DNA of 64,000 nucleotides from Fibrobacter succinogenes (GCA_902762305.1 CACWNW010000031.1:19047-83046); one strand, 5' to 3'. Positions 48,388-58,876 are shown, counted from the stretch's first letter. The notes: a model not told the origin generated them from the letters alone. Made by a program: numbers and translations.

Positions 48388-49515
48388 ATGAGCCTTAATT
48401 TGGATTATATTCCTTCTACCATCAAAACAGTCATTGTTGTAAATGATTTCGATTATATTGAAGGTGGTGCTGCTAAGGTAGCTATCATGACTGCGGAAAC
48501 TTTAGTTAAAGCTGGCTATGATACGTATTTATTTTCGGCTGTTTCAAATGAGAATGCACCTAGGATAGATGGCTTAAAATACATTTCAGTGAATCAATAC
48601 CCATCACTTTTAGATCCGAATATCATTCGTGGGGCCTTGAATGGATTGTATAATTTTAAGGCCGCAAGAAAATTTAAAAAGCTTTTGAAAAAGTTGGATA
48701 ATAGAACAACATTGATTCATATTCATACATGGACAAAGGCTTTGTCTTGTAGTATTTGGAATGTTGCGTATGCATTGCATTTTCCTGTTTATTTAACATG
48801 TCATGACTATTTTTCAATATGTCCCAATGGCGGTTTCTTTGATTACCAAAAATTAGAAATTTGTCTTCGAAAGCCTTTGTCTGTTAAATGCCTAAAATGT
48901 AATTGTGATTCACGAAATTATGCTATAAAGCTTTATCGATTTGCTCGTTGTTTTGTGCAGAATAAAGTTGTGAATATTTTTGAGAAGACTGCAAAATTTA
49001 TATCCATTTCTGATTTTAGCGAAAGAATATTACAAGTATATTTTCCGCAAAATACCACGTTTCATCGAGTCAGCAACCCAATAGATAAAGTCAACCTACC
49101 CGAAATACATCCTGAAAAAAATGAATATTTTTTGTATGTTGGAAGACTTGCTAAAGAAAAAGGAATCGATATTTTCTGTCAAGCAATAAACGATAGCGGT
49201 GTAAAAGGTGTGGTTGTTGGTGATGGCCCTGAGTCTGAACTAATAAAAAAACAGTTCGCCAAAGCTAATATTGATTTTGTTGGATGGAAATCTCGTGATG
49301 AAGTCTTTGAATATATGAAAAGCGCTCGAGCACTAGTTTTTCCGTCAAGGTGGTATGAAACGGATGGATTAAGCGTTCGTGAGGCTTTGTCGATTGGACT
49401 GCCTTGTATTGTATCAAATAGCTGTGCTGCTAAGGAATATATAACGGATGACTCAAAGGGACGTGTATTTACTGATTATAAAATGTTAAAAAAACAAATG
49501 GAAGAGTTTGTATGA
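48388..49515 (+). CDS. Glycosyltransferase family 4 (GT-B)
   Basis: YVGRLAKEKGIDIF...VGDGPE...FPSRWYETDGLSVREALSIGLPCIVS contains the E-x7-E motif region. Confidence 0.8.
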   Translation: MSLNLDYIPSTIKTVIVVNDFDYIEGGAAKVAIMTAETLVKAGYDTYLFSAVSNENAPRIDGLKYISVNQYPSLLDPNIIRGALNGLYNFKAARKFKKLLKKLDNRTTLIHIHTWTKALSCSIWNVAYALHFPVYLTCHDYFSICPNGGFFDYQKLEICLRKPLSVKCLKCNCDSRNYAIKLYRFARCFVQNKVVNIFEKTAKFISISDFSERILQVYFPQNTTFHRVSNPIDKVNLPEIHPEKNEYFLYVGRLAKEKGIDIFCQAINDSGVKGVVVGDGPESELIKKQFAKANIDFVGWKSRDEVFEYMKSARALVFPSRWYETDGLSVREALSIGLPCIVSNSCAAKEYITDDSKGRVFTDYKMLKKQMEEFV

Positions 49516-49907
49516 AACCTTATAAATGCGCAATAACATATGGAACATTCGATTTATTCCATATCGGACACTTACGACTATTGGAGCGGATTTCTAATAT
49601 GGCTGAAAAAGTAATTGTTGCAGTTTCTTCAGACGAGTTTAATGCGTTAAAAGGGAAGAAGTGTGCAATTTCGTACGAAAATCGCCGTGATATTATTGCT
49701 GCATTAAGAGTAGTAGACAAAGTAATAAAAGAAGAGTGCTGGGAGCAAAAAGTTGATGATATTCGTAGAGAAAAATGCGATGTTTTTGTTATGGGAGATG
49801 ATTGGAAGGGTAAGTTTGATTTTTTGAAAACTGAGTGCGATGTCTTATACCTTCCTCGTACTCAAGGAGTCAGTTCTTCGGAAATAAAGGAATCTTTGCG
49901 AGGCTAA
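49512..49907 (+). CDS. tagD: Glycerol-3-phosphate cytidylyltransferase
   Basis: ITYGTFDLFHIGHLRLLERI (HxGH motif) and RTQGVSSSEIK. 131 aa. Confidence 0.9.
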   Translation: MKPYKCAITYGTFDLFHIGHLRLLERISNMAEKVIVAVSSDEFNALKGKKCAISYENRRDIIAALRVVDKVIKEECWEQKVDDIRREKCDVFVMGDDWKGKFDFLKTECDVLYLPRTQGVSSSEIKESLRG

Positions 49908-49908
49908 A

Positions 49909-50721
49909 ATGTCTTTCGATCCTGGTCTAAAAAGAATTCATGAAATTTTATTGGAAATAGCAGAATCTTTCCATCAGGTCTGCGAAAACAATAAAATCCA
50001 ATACTATATGCTTGGCGGAACCATGTTAGGGGCGACTCGTCATAAAGGGTTTATTCCTTGGGATGACGATATGGATTTTGGAGTTATGGCTGAAGATTGG
50101 CCTAAATTGATTGAGGTGCTAAATAAAGACTTGCCTCAATATTACAGGGTTCGTGATATAAAAAACACCAGAGGTATTTCTAATCCATCTATAAAGATTG
50201 AAGATGTTAGAACAATCATACAGGAAACAGACAAAGCTGGTGAAAATGATATTATTGGAATCAATATTGACATTTTTCCTCTTAATTACACAAATGAGAG
50301 AAAAAGTTTTTTTTCAAAAAATGGTTTAATTGAAAATTTAATTCGTTTGAATTTATGCCGTTTTTTAGATTATAGATCAAAACCTCTTATAAAAAGGGCC
50401 TTGTCGAATATATATAAGATAATTCTTTCCCCGTTTCCGAAAGATTTTCTTATCTCGATTATACAAAAGTATTTGGTGACCAATAATGGAAATTGTATTA
50501 CAAATTATTGGGGTGCATGGATAAATAAAGAAATTGTTCCTGCAGAAGTTATGGGAAAACCTTCCAAATATGTATTTGAAAATACTTTTTTTTGGGGTGT
50601 TGCAAATCCTGATGAATATTTAAAACATTTATATGGTGATTATATGAAAATACCTCCTGAGAATAAAATTCATTATCATGTTCTTGATTGGAAATATCGA
50701 GGTGATTACAAAAGTACGTAA
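49909..50721 (+). CDS. licD: LicD-family phosphotransferase
   Basis: YYMLGGTMLGATRHKGFIPWDDDMDFGV is the LicD signature (DxD). Confidence 0.85.
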   Translation: MSFDPGLKRIHEILLEIAESFHQVCENNKIQYYMLGGTMLGATRHKGFIPWDDDMDFGVMAEDWPKLIEVLNKDLPQYYRVRDIKNTRGISNPSIKIEDVRTIIQETDKAGENDIIGINIDIFPLNYTNERKSFFSKNGLIENLIRLNLCRFLDYRSKPLIKRALSNIYKIILSPFPKDFLISIIQKYLVTNNGNCITNYWGAWINKEIVPAEVMGKPSKYVFENTFFWGVANPDEYLKHLYGDYMKIPPENKIHYHVLDWKYRGDYKST

Positions 50722-50768
50722 AATCTAATTGTTTCGAAAAATAATTTGAATGCATAAATTGTGATAAA

Positions 50769-51839
50769 ATGAGAATATTATTTATAGTTAGAACGCTGGG
50801 ATATGGTGGCGCAAGCAAACAACTTGCTCTACTAGCTAATGCGTTGTCAAATTTTGGACATGAAGTCTCGATTTATGTGTATTGTGCAAAAGATATTGAA
50901 CAAGTCTTAAATTCAACGGTTTCGGTTTCTTTTGCCGATAATGTCCCGCAGAATAAAATTGTAGAATATTTACGTTCTGTCGCTTGTATAAGGCGTGAGA
51001 TAAAGAGAATTCAGCCGAATGTTGTTGTTTCATGGCGGTGCAATGCGGGGTGCTTAACAAAAATTGCATCCTTGGGATTGAGAGTGAAAACTATTTTTAG
51101 TGAGCGTACTGATCCTTTCACAGAAACCTCTTTTTTTCTAAAGATTTCATCTTTTGTCTGTGGCTTTTCTGATGGAGGAGTCTTCCAATTGGAGTCAGTT
51201 CGAAAATATTATGGGAGATTATACCATAAGAGTGTTGTTATCCCGAACCCAATTGAATATGCAGGGGAGTTAAATGAGATTATCCCGTATGAGAAAAGAC
51301 CTCTTCGAATAGCGTTTGTTGGACGGACTGTTATCTCGCAAAAGAGACAAGATGTGGCTATTGAAGCCTTTGAATTTTTTTTAAAGAAACATCCTGATTT
51401 TGAACTTCACATTTACGGAGATGGATGTGATCAAAATAAGGTTAAGGAAATGACTTCCCGAAAGGGTTTAATAGACAAGGTTGTATTTCATGGATCTGTA
51501 AAAAATATAACTGAGAAAATTTGTAACTCAAAAGTCTTGCTACTAACATCAGATTATGAAGGAATTCCTAATGTAATCTTGGAGGCGTTTGTTGCGGGCG
51601 TTCCCGTTGTGTCAACTAATTGCAGTCCTGGAGGGGCCAAATTCTTAATCGGCAACGATGAATGCGGTAGATTGGCTCCAGTTCAAAATCCTTTGGTTTT
51701 ATCTCAAAAAATGACTGAAATTGTTGAAAATGTGGAACTGGCTAAGAAGTGCATTTTTAATGGACGCTGTAGGCTGCATGATTTTTTGCCGGAGAATATA
51801 TATAAGAATTGGGAAAACTATTTGAAAACAATAATGTAG
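50769..51839 (+). CDS. Glycosyltransferase family 4 (GT-B)
   Basis: MRILFIVRTLGYGGASKQ...FVGRTVISQKRQDV...LLTSDYEGIPNVILEAFVAGVPVVST. Confidence 0.8.
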   Translation: MRILFIVRTLGYGGASKQLALLANALSNFGHEVSIYVYCAKDIEQVLNSTVSVSFADNVPQNKIVEYLRSVACIRREIKRIQPNVVVSWRCNAGCLTKIASLGLRVKTIFSERTDPFTETSFFLKISSFVCGFSDGGVFQLESVRKYYGRLYHKSVVIPNPIEYAGELNEIIPYEKRPLRIAFVGRTVISQKRQDVAIEAFEFFLKKHPDFELHIYGDGCDQNKVKEMTSRKGLIDKVVFHGSVKNITEKICNSKVLLLTSDYEGIPNVILEAFVAGVPVVSTNCSPGGAKFLIGNDECGRLAPVQNPLVLSQKMTEIVENVELAKKCIFNGRCRLHDFLPENIYKNWENYLKTIM

Positions 51840-51851
51840 ATGTGATTTATT

Positions 51852-52964
51852 ATGATTATTTATTGGTTGACATTTTTAATATCGTTTTCTTCGTATCATT
51901 TTTCTTTTTACTTTCGTAAAAAGGTGGTGTCTTTTTTTCTTAAAGGGATTGCGGTGATAATCCCATCTTTGGTTGCTGCTTTTAGAGATTTAGATGTTGG
52001 AAAAGATATTGCAACGTATGGCTTGCAGACTTTTGACCTGGCGATTAAATCAAACTCTTTTGCTAATCCTTTTGATCTTTTTCGAGATCAAGCTATTGAA
52101 ATCGGCTATATTATTGTTAATATGATTGTGTCCTTTTTTTCAACATCATATCATGTACTTTTCTTTGTTTTGCAGTTTATTGTTTTGGTATTGACTGTTG
52201 TTGGATGCGAACTTTTGAAGAAAAATCTAAAGCAACCACAATGGCTTTTTTTGATGTATTTATTGTTTAATTATTGTATGTCTTTTAGCATGTTAAGACA
52301 ATCTATTGCACTTGCGGTTTTTATTGTTAGTATTAGATTTTTATTAGATAGAAAAGTTTTCTTATATAGTCTATTTATTTTTATTGGATTTTTATTTCAT
52401 AAGTCAATTCTATTTGTTTATCCAGTGTATTTTGTACCAATCCTGCTAGAGAAATATCCCAAAGTGCCATGGTATGCGGTTTTAGCACTTCTTGGGGTTG
52501 GATTGTATTTCTTTTTCCCATCTCTAGTTCCTTGGGGAATTTCTATAGGAGTAATAGAACCTAAGTATATGCGTTATGTGGATGATTCTTTTTCAACTCA
52601 TAAGAATAATATGGCCTTTTTTGCGTTTACATTTTTCTATTTCTTCCTTATTTCAAAAATTAAGAACTTGACGCCTCTTTTAAAATATAAGCAGGTTCTT
52701 ATATGTTCCTTGTCGATCTGTGCGTTTATGATTGAATTGTGTGGTTCTTATAATGACGTTGCGTCACGTGTCGCAAAATATATTTTCTTATTGATTTTAG
52801 TTCTTTGGTTTGATTTTTTCCCGGCTTTTCAAGAAAAATGGAGAATAAATAGGCATGTTGTATTGCTAGTCGCATTTATGTTTGTTTATTTCTTGTATAA
52901 TTCACAATCACCTGATGGCTTGGCTAATACAATTCCTTATCGCTCTTCAATATTGGGTATTTAA
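51852..52964 (+). CDS. EpsG/O-antigen-polymerase-like polytopic membrane protein
   Basis: 370 aa with about 10 TM segments and no other motifs. Its position and topology match Wzy/EpsG-type polymerases. Confidence 0.6.
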   Translation: MIIYWLTFLISFSSYHFSFYFRKKVVSFFLKGIAVIIPSLVAAFRDLDVGKDIATYGLQTFDLAIKSNSFANPFDLFRDQAIEIGYIIVNMIVSFFSTSYHVLFFVLQFIVLVLTVVGCELLKKNLKQPQWLFLMYLLFNYCMSFSMLRQSIALAVFIVSIRFLLDRKVFLYSLFIFIGFLFHKSILFVYPVYFVPILLEKYPKVPWYAVLALLGVGLYFFFPSLVPWGISIGVIEPKYMRYVDDSFSTHKNNMAFFAFTFFYFFLISKIKNLTPLLKYKQVLICSLSICAFMIELCGSYNDVASRVAKYIFLLILVLWFDFFPAFQEKWRINRHVVLLVAFMFVYFLYNSQSPDGLANTIPYRSSILGI

Positions 52965-52965
52965 T

Positions 52966-53892
52966 ATGGATTTTATGAAAAAAATTGTTGTCTATTCTGA
53001 AAAGTCTCCATCTGCATCTTTTGTGATGAAAGGTGTGAATCACGATGTTGCAGAAACGGTTTGCCTTGCAATGAAAAAGGACTTTTTTTCAAAATTGTTT
53101 TTTAAAATATTTTTCTATTTGCACTTGTACAAGATTGCTGTTCTGTTTCGGTTTGAAAAAAATATTCGCATGAAAATAAAATCAGGAAAAATTCAAAAAG
53201 TGATTTTTTTTGATTGTGTCTTATTGAAAGAATATTTTGTTTTAGATACGCTGATGAAAAAAAAACAAGGGAAATACATCTATTTTTGGAATCCTATTAA
53301 ATATCGACAGTCTAATGAAAATAAAGCGAAATTCTTGTTGAAAAAACTGGAAAAAATGGGATTTGTTTTAAAAACGTTTGATTTAGAAGACTCTAAAAGA
53401 TATCAAATAGCTTTTTTAAAAAGTCCAAATAGAAGAATATCTTTTAATCAAAAGAGAAAGATTGTTGATTTTTATTTTGCTGGATTGCCTAAAGGTCGAG
53501 AATGTTTTTTGGAAACAATGAAGGAAGAATTGCTGAAAAAGAACTTTTCTTCAAAGTTTATTCTTGTTCGAGGTAAAAAAGATTATATCTCACAAGAAGA
53601 AAACCGAATTAATTCTGAAAATTGTAGGTGCATAGTTGATTTAGTGTCAGATGCTTATGGACAGGCGAATCTATCTTTGAGATCTACGGATGCTCTTTTC
53701 TTGGAAAAGAAGGTAATCACAAATTGTGAAGCTGTTGTTGATGCTGATTTTTATAATCCTGCAAATATTTTTTTAATAAGGAACATGTCTTTGGATGGAA
53801 TAGAAAATTTTATGAACAGACCGTACGAAAAGATTTCTGAAAACATTGTAAACAGTTATGAAATAAATAACTGGTTGAAAAATAATTTTTGA
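52966..53892 (+). CDS. Hypothetical polysaccharide-biosynthesis protein
   Basis: Start trimmed to ATG 52966, 1 nt after the upstream stop. Lys-rich, AT-rich. Family not recognised. Confidence 0.5.
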   Translation: MDFMKKIVVYSEKSPSASFVMKGVNHDVAETVCLAMKKDFFSKLFFKIFFYLHLYKIAVLFRFEKNIRMKIKSGKIQKVIFFDCVLLKEYFVLDTLMKKKQGKYIYFWNPIKYRQSNENKAKFLLKKLEKMGFVLKTFDLEDSKRYQIAFLKSPNRRISFNQKRKIVDFYFAGLPKGRECFLETMKEELLKKNFSSKFILVRGKKDYISQEENRINSENCRCIVDLVSDAYGQANLSLRSTDALFLEKKVITNCEAVVDADFYNPANIFLIRNMSLDGIENFMNRPYEKISENIVNSYEINNWLKNNF

Positions 53893-53901
53893 GGAAAGAT
53901 T

Positions 53902-54471
53902 ATGATTTCTACAAAACACGAATTGAAAGAATTTCTTACGGCAGATCGTGTGGCTATGGGTTTTGAAAAAAAATCCAGGTTGATTGAACTTTTAAAGGGG
54001 AACCTTGATTCTGTAATGCTTCTCAACCATATGATTTTTTTGCGAAAATATGAGTACTTTCTATCGAAAGGAAAAAGAAAATCTTTTTTTTATAAGTTGA
54101 GATATTTGTATTACAAACATACTTATGCTAGGAAGAAATTAAAAAGTAATTTATTTATTAGTCCCAATGTTTTTGATAAAGGACTTTGTTTAGTTCATCC
54201 TGGGTATGTGTGGATTGACCGATCCTCTAGAATAGGTAAAAACTGTACTGTTCTTCCCAGAGTTCTTTTGGGAAAAAAACACCCGGGAATTCCGGCTCCT
54301 TGCATTTTTATTGGCGATAACTGCTATATTGGTACGGGAGCTACTATTTTAGGGCCAATCCGTATAGGTAATAATGTGACAATTGCTGCAGGAGCTGTTG
54401 TGGTTAAGGATGTCCCTGATAATTGCATTGTTGCTGGGAATCCCGCAAAAATTGTAAAATACAAAGAATAA
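53902..54471 (+). CDS. Hexapeptide-repeat (LbH) O-acetyltransferase
   Basis: IGKNCTVLPRVLLG...IGDNCYIGTGATILGPIRIGNNVTIAAGAVVVKDVPDNCIVAGNPAKIV. Confidence 0.8.
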   Translation: MISTKHELKEFLTADRVAMGFEKKSRLIELLKGNLDSVMLLNHMIFLRKYEYFLSKGKRKSFFYKLRYLYYKHTYARKKLKSNLFISPNVFDKGLCLVHPGYVWIDRSSRIGKNCTVLPRVLLGKKHPGIPAPCIFIGDNCYIGTGATILGPIRIGNNVTIAAGAVVVKDVPDNCIVAGNPAKIVKYKE

Positions 54472-54477
54472 TTATAT

Positions 54478-55968
54478 ATGAATCAGCGTAAAATAGGTGC
54501 TTTACTCTCTTATGCGACGATAGGCTTACAGAATTTGGTAGGTCTTTTATATACGCCCTATTTATTGAGAATGCTTGGCAAATCTGATTATGGTTTGTAT
54601 TCTCTTGTAACCTCAATTATTTCGTATTTAACGTTGTTGGATTTTGGCTTCGGTGATGCTGTTGTTCGTTATACGGCGAAATTTCGAGCTGAGGGGAAAA
54701 CGAAAGAGCAATATTCCATGTTTGGGATGTTTTCCATGATTTATTTCGCTATTGCTATTGTAGCGTTAATTCTGGGCTTAGTACTTTCGTTTAATTTAGA
54801 ATATTTCTTTTCTGATACAATGTCGAAAACGGAAATATCTCGAGCAAGAATTATGTTGTTATGTCTTGCCGGAAACTTGGCTGTTACGTTTTTCTTTAGC
54901 ATATATAAAGCAATCTTGGATGCTTATGAACAATTTGTTTTTGTTCGTGCATTGAATGTAGCCAGGATTATTTTGAATACATTTATAATGATTGTTCTCC
55001 TTCAATACGGATTTAAGGCTGTTGCTTTAGTTGTTGTTACGACAATTTTAAATGTTGTGATTATGTTGATGAATTTTTTCTATTGCATGATTAAACTTAA
55101 TGTGCATGTGCATTTTCGTAATCTTCCGTGGTATAACTTGAAAGAAATTGGTTGTTATTCGATTTTTATTTTTTTGAATAGCTGCATAAGTCATGTTTAT
55201 TGGTTTTCTGGACAATTTATACTTGGCATGTATTGGGGGGCGCAACTCATTGCTGTTTATGCTATTGCCATTCAGTTAGTGAATATGTTTAAACATTTTT
55301 CTAGTGCTATCTCATCTGTTTTTTTCCCAAAAGTTGTATTGTTGTCGGTGCAAGAAAATTCAAACGAAGAAATATCAAATCTTTTTAATAGAATAGGTCG
55401 TTTGCAGTATATAATTATTTCTTTGATTATCTCTGGATTTATAGTTTTTGGACGAGAATTTATTCTATTGTGGGCTGGTGATGGCTATGAAAAGGCTTAT
55501 TTTATTACTCTGATTTTTTTCGTATCTTTGTTGCCTGCGCAAACTCAACAGATTGGATGGATTGTGTGTAAAGCAAGAAATCATTTAAAGTTTCGGACCT
55601 ATGTCTATATTGTAATTGCTATATCTTGTTTGATTGCGCAGGTTTTGGGATCTAAATATTTTGGTATTATGGGTAATGCAATTCCAATAGGTTTTTCTCT
55701 TATTTTAATGGAAGGCTTTATTTTGAATGTATACTACCAAAGAGTTGAACATATTGATATCATGAAATTTTGGAGAAATATATTGAAGCTGTCTGTAATT
55801 CCTGTTATATTGGTTTGGCTGTCTTTTTATTTGAAGCAAAAAGTAACTTTTGACTCGTGGCCCTTTTTGCTGTTGGGCATGGCTGTTTTCGGAACTGCTT
55901 TTGTTTTGTTGTCTTTCTTGTTCAGTTTTAATAAATATGAAAAGAATTTATTTTTCCGAAAAAAATAG
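54478..55968 (+). CDS. wzx: Wzx-type polysaccharide flippase (MOP superfamily)
   Basis: 496 aa with about 12-14 TM segments. The N-terminus (LLSYATIGLQNLVGLLYTPYLLRMLGKSDYGLYSL) is typical of polysaccharide-biosynthesis flippases. Confidence 0.75.
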   Translation: MNQRKIGALLSYATIGLQNLVGLLYTPYLLRMLGKSDYGLYSLVTSIISYLTLLDFGFGDAVVRYTAKFRAEGKTKEQYSMFGMFSMIYFAIAIVALILGLVLSFNLEYFFSDTMSKTEISRARIMLLCLAGNLAVTFFFSIYKAILDAYEQFVFVRALNVARIILNTFIMIVLLQYGFKAVALVVVTTILNVVIMLMNFFYCMIKLNVHVHFRNLPWYNLKEIGCYSIFIFLNSCISHVYWFSGQFILGMYWGAQLIAVYAIAIQLVNMFKHFSSAISSVFFPKVVLLSVQENSNEEISNLFNRIGRLQYIIISLIISGFIVFGREFILLWAGDGYEKAYFITLIFFVSLLPAQTQQIGWIVCKARNHLKFRTYVYIVIAISCLIAQVLGSKYFGIMGNAIPIGFSLILMEGFILNVYYQRVEHIDIMKFWRNILKLSVIPVILVWLSFYLKQKVTFDSWPFLLLGMAVFGTAFVLLSFLFSFNKYEKNLFFRKK

Positions 55969-55980
55969 GTTAGTAGATTT

Positions 55981-57444
55981 ATGCGCAAACTGATTATGCT
56001 ATTGCTATTTTTTTGGGGGAATACTGCTTTAGCGGCACCTGTTATTTCTCCGGAACGATATAATCTCAAGCTGCTAGAAACGGCGCCTTTGCTATTTGAA
56101 TTCCATAGACTTACAACAACTTCGGTAAAACAAGAGTTTTATTTCCCAAAAAGAGATTCAACTTGGCATGCTAATGCTGCAGAACGCGAGCGGAATGCTT
56201 TGTTGAAATATGGTTCGGATAAGGTTTTCTTGGCAGCAAGTGTTGTAGGGGGAGTTGAATATTGTGGTGGTGAAATTTTGGGTGATACCATATGGCCTGG
56301 GTTTGATGGTGGCTTGTATTTGAGAGGGTATGTTGATTCTTTAGAATTTGTATTAGATGCTCGTATTTATTCAGAAGGTCATTCAGCAAAAATTCCTAAA
56401 TCTTTTGATGGTGAATATATAGATATTCAAAGTGGCGAAAATAATGATGGAATAGAATATGCCAGTTATGCTCGATATCGAGGTCATATCGCTTTAAATA
56501 TGGGCTTTGCTCGTTTTGATGTGGGACGAGATGTGGTGCATTGGGGACCTGGCTATTATAATAATTTGGCGTTAAACCAATTTTCCTTACCTTTTAATTC
56601 AATGTCGCTTGACTTGCAAGCTGGTCCTCTTACTGTTGTTTCTATTTATGGCGATTTGCGTATTTATAAAGGATATGTTAACGAAGGCAATAAAAATGCT
56701 AGAAATCTATATGGGCATCGTTACGAATTGAATTTTGGAGACCTGATTATTGGTGTTAGCGAATTACAAGTTGTTTACGACGATAATGATATTTGGCTTT
56801 TTGTTCCAATTGTTCCGCTTTTCATAGAAAAGGGTAATTATACAGAAAGCTCTAATAATGGTGCGATTTCGTTAGATATTAATTATCGCCTATTTAACAT
56901 GGCTCGTATTTATACTGAATTCTTTTTAGATGACTTGCATAGTCCAAATAAACTTATCGAAAATAAGGATGTTCAGTCGAAATGGGCCTGGATGATTGGT
57001 TTGCAAGTTGGGCATGATTTTGAATATAAAACGCATTTGCTGGAATTGGGAATGATTGCTGAATATGCTCGTGTTGAACCTTATGTGTATACCCATTTTA
57101 AAAGTAATACAGCACAAATGGCTCATTTAGAGGTCCCTCTTGGTAATCAGAACGGTCCTAATAGTCGAACCATTGATTGGTTGTTTTATTCAAGGTTAGA
57201 TGATTGTTGGATGATTGCTTTGCATCAGAGATGGTCTTGGAAGGGTACTGATGCGGGAAGCTCTTTGGATGATCCTACGCCTGCATATCATGCTCATATA
57301 AACAAGTCTTTCCTGCGTGGTGCAAAAATGCAATATTCCATAACCCCAATTTTGGGATACGAAGGTCGTTTTACAAACTTCGCTCTTGAATGGACTTTTG
57401 TGGATGATGCTAAAGTTTATGCAAGAATGGGTTTTAAGTGGTGA
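55981..57444 (+). CDS. Wzi-like outer-membrane capsule-assembly protein
   Basis: Signal peptide (MRKLIMLLLFFWGNTALA). The beta-barrel-like sequence includes FDVGRDVVHWGPGYYNNLALNQFSLPFNS, reminiscent of the Wzi WGPG motif, and ends ...YARMGFKW. Confidence 0.5.
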   Translation: MRKLIMLLLFFWGNTALAAPVISPERYNLKLLETAPLLFEFHRLTTTSVKQEFYFPKRDSTWHANAAERERNALLKYGSDKVFLAASVVGGVEYCGGEILGDTIWPGFDGGLYLRGYVDSLEFVLDARIYSEGHSAKIPKSFDGEYIDIQSGENNDGIEYASYARYRGHIALNMGFARFDVGRDVVHWGPGYYNNLALNQFSLPFNSMSLDLQAGPLTVVSIYGDLRIYKGYVNEGNKNARNLYGHRYELNFGDLIIGVSELQVVYDDNDIWLFVPIVPLFIEKGNYTESSNNGAISLDINYRLFNMARIYTEFFLDDLHSPNKLIENKDVQSKWAWMIGLQVGHDFEYKTHLLELGMIAEYARVEPYVYTHFKSNTAQMAHLEVPLGNQNGPNSRTIDWLFYSRLDDCWMIALHQRWSWKGTDAGSSLDDPTPAYHAHINKSFLRGAKMQYSITPILGYEGRFTNFALEWTFVDDAKVYARMGFKW

Positions 57445-57566
57445 AGTGATGTAACTGGCAACTTGCAAAGTTTTAGATTTAAATGAGAGGCTGAGGATTT
57501 GGACTTCGCTTTCGAACTGTAATTGATATAACGGCGCTTTAGAATGATTGCGCGAAGGAACGCATT

Positions 57567-58649
57567 ATGAAGAATATCGTCATTACCGGTGGTGCAGGCT
57601 TTATCGGGAGCCACGTGGTTCGCCTTTTCGTGAACAAGTATCCCGAATACAAGATTATCAACCTCGACAAGCTTACGTATGCGGGCAACCTCGCGAACTT
57701 GAAGGACATCGAATTCTACAAGCTCATGCAGGACGAGCATGTAGACGGTATCATCCATCTGGCTGCCGAAAGTCACGTGGACCGCTCCATCAAGGACCCG
57801 TTCACCTTCGCGAAGACGAACGTGATGGGCACTTTGAGCCTGTTGCAGGCCGCGAAACTCTACTGGGAATCCTTGCCGGAAAAATACGAGGGCAAGCGCT
57901 TCTACCACATCTCGACCGACGAAGTTTATGGCGCCCTCAAGATGAACCATCCCGAAGGCATCACGCCCCCGTTCACCACGACGGCTAGCTCCAGCGAGCA
58001 CCACCTGGCCTACGGCGATGACTTCTTCTACGAGACCACCAAGTACACGCCGCATAGCCCGTATTCCGCCAGCAAGGCGGGTTCCGACCATTTTGTGCGC
58101 GCATTCCACGACACCTATGGCATGCCGACGATTGTGACGAACTGCAGCAACAACTACGGTCCGTACCAGTTCCCCGAAAAGCTGATTCCGCTCTTCATCA
58201 ACAACATCCGCCACAAGAAGCCGCTCCCGGTTTACGGCAAGGGCGAAAACGTGCGCGACTGGCTCTTCGTGGAAGACCACGCCCGCGCTATTGACGTGAT
58301 TTTCCATAACGGGAAGGTTGCCGAGACGTACAACATCGGCGGATTCAACGAATGGAAGAACATTGACATCATCAAGGTCGTCATCAAGACCGTTGACAGG
58401 CTCCTCGGCCGCGCCGAAGGCGAGGACATGAACCTCATCACTTATGTGACGGACCGCCTTGGCCACGACGCCCGCTACGCCATCGATTCTACCAAGCTCC
58501 AGAAGGAACTGGGCTGGGAACCGAGCCTCCAGTTCGAAGAAGGCATCGAGAAGACGGTGCGCTGGTACCTCGATAACCAGGAATGGCTGGACAACATCAC
58601 CAGCGGCGACTACGAGAAGTATTACGAAAAAATGTACGGGAACAGGTAA
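57567..58649 (+). CDS. rfbB: dTDP-glucose 4,6-dehydratase
   Basis: VITGGAGFIGSH, HLAAESHVDRS, YSASKAGSDHF and NCSNNYGPYQFPEKLIP. GC-rich like the core genome. Confidence 0.95.
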   Translation: MKNIVITGGAGFIGSHVVRLFVNKYPEYKIINLDKLTYAGNLANLKDIEFYKLMQDEHVDGIIHLAAESHVDRSIKDPFTFAKTNVMGTLSLLQAAKLYWESLPEKYEGKRFYHISTDEVYGALKMNHPEGITPPFTTTASSSEHHLAYGDDFFYETTKYTPHSPYSASKAGSDHFVRAFHDTYGMPTIVTNCSNNYGPYQFPEKLIPLFINNIRHKKPLPVYGKGENVRDWLFVEDHARAIDVIFHNGKVAETYNIGGFNEWKNIDIIKVVIKTVDRLLGRAEGEDMNLITYVTDRLGHDARYAIDSTKLQKELGWEPSLQFEEGIEKTVRWYLDNQEWLDNITSGDYEKYYEKMYGNR

Positions 58650-58653
58650 GTCC

Positions 58654-58734
58654 CGACAAGAACCCGCTACGGTAGGGTGAATCCTCGCCAAGGAAATTTT
58701 TGCGGAGGCGCTACGCGCCCCCGCAAATTTTTTT
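58654..58734 (+). repeat. Left copy of an ~80-bp direct repeat (epimerase 3' tail plus terminator)
   Basis: CGACAAGAACCCGCTACGGTAGGGTGAATCC...TTTGCGGAGGCGCTACGCGCCCCCGCAAATTTTTTT is about 89% identical by eye to 62216-62298. It contains GAC AAG AAC CCG CTA CGG TAG (DKNPLR*) and a terminator hairpin at 58699-58734. Confidence 0.8.
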
Positions 58735-58755
58735 CAAAAAAATGAAGCCGGTGTA

Positions 58756-58784
58756 TTGACAGCCGCTTTCTGTTTGTTTATATT
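58756..58784 (+). promoter_or_regulatory. Putative sigma70-type promoter of the three-gene cassette
   Basis: TTGACA (58756-58761), 17 nt, TATATT (58779-58784), about 90 nt upstream of the ATG at 58877. Confidence 0.45.
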
Positions 58785-58876
58785 TGATAGTGAACAAATG
58801 TGTAATATGTTGATTTTTTTGAAAATAATTGGTGGTCTGTCAGTTTATGGCGAAATAAGTTTTGTAATTTTAGCAT

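Noticed and set aside
57417-58691. 424-aa minus-strand ORF opposite rfbB
   Set aside because: Shadow ORF. rfbB on the plus strand is unambiguous.
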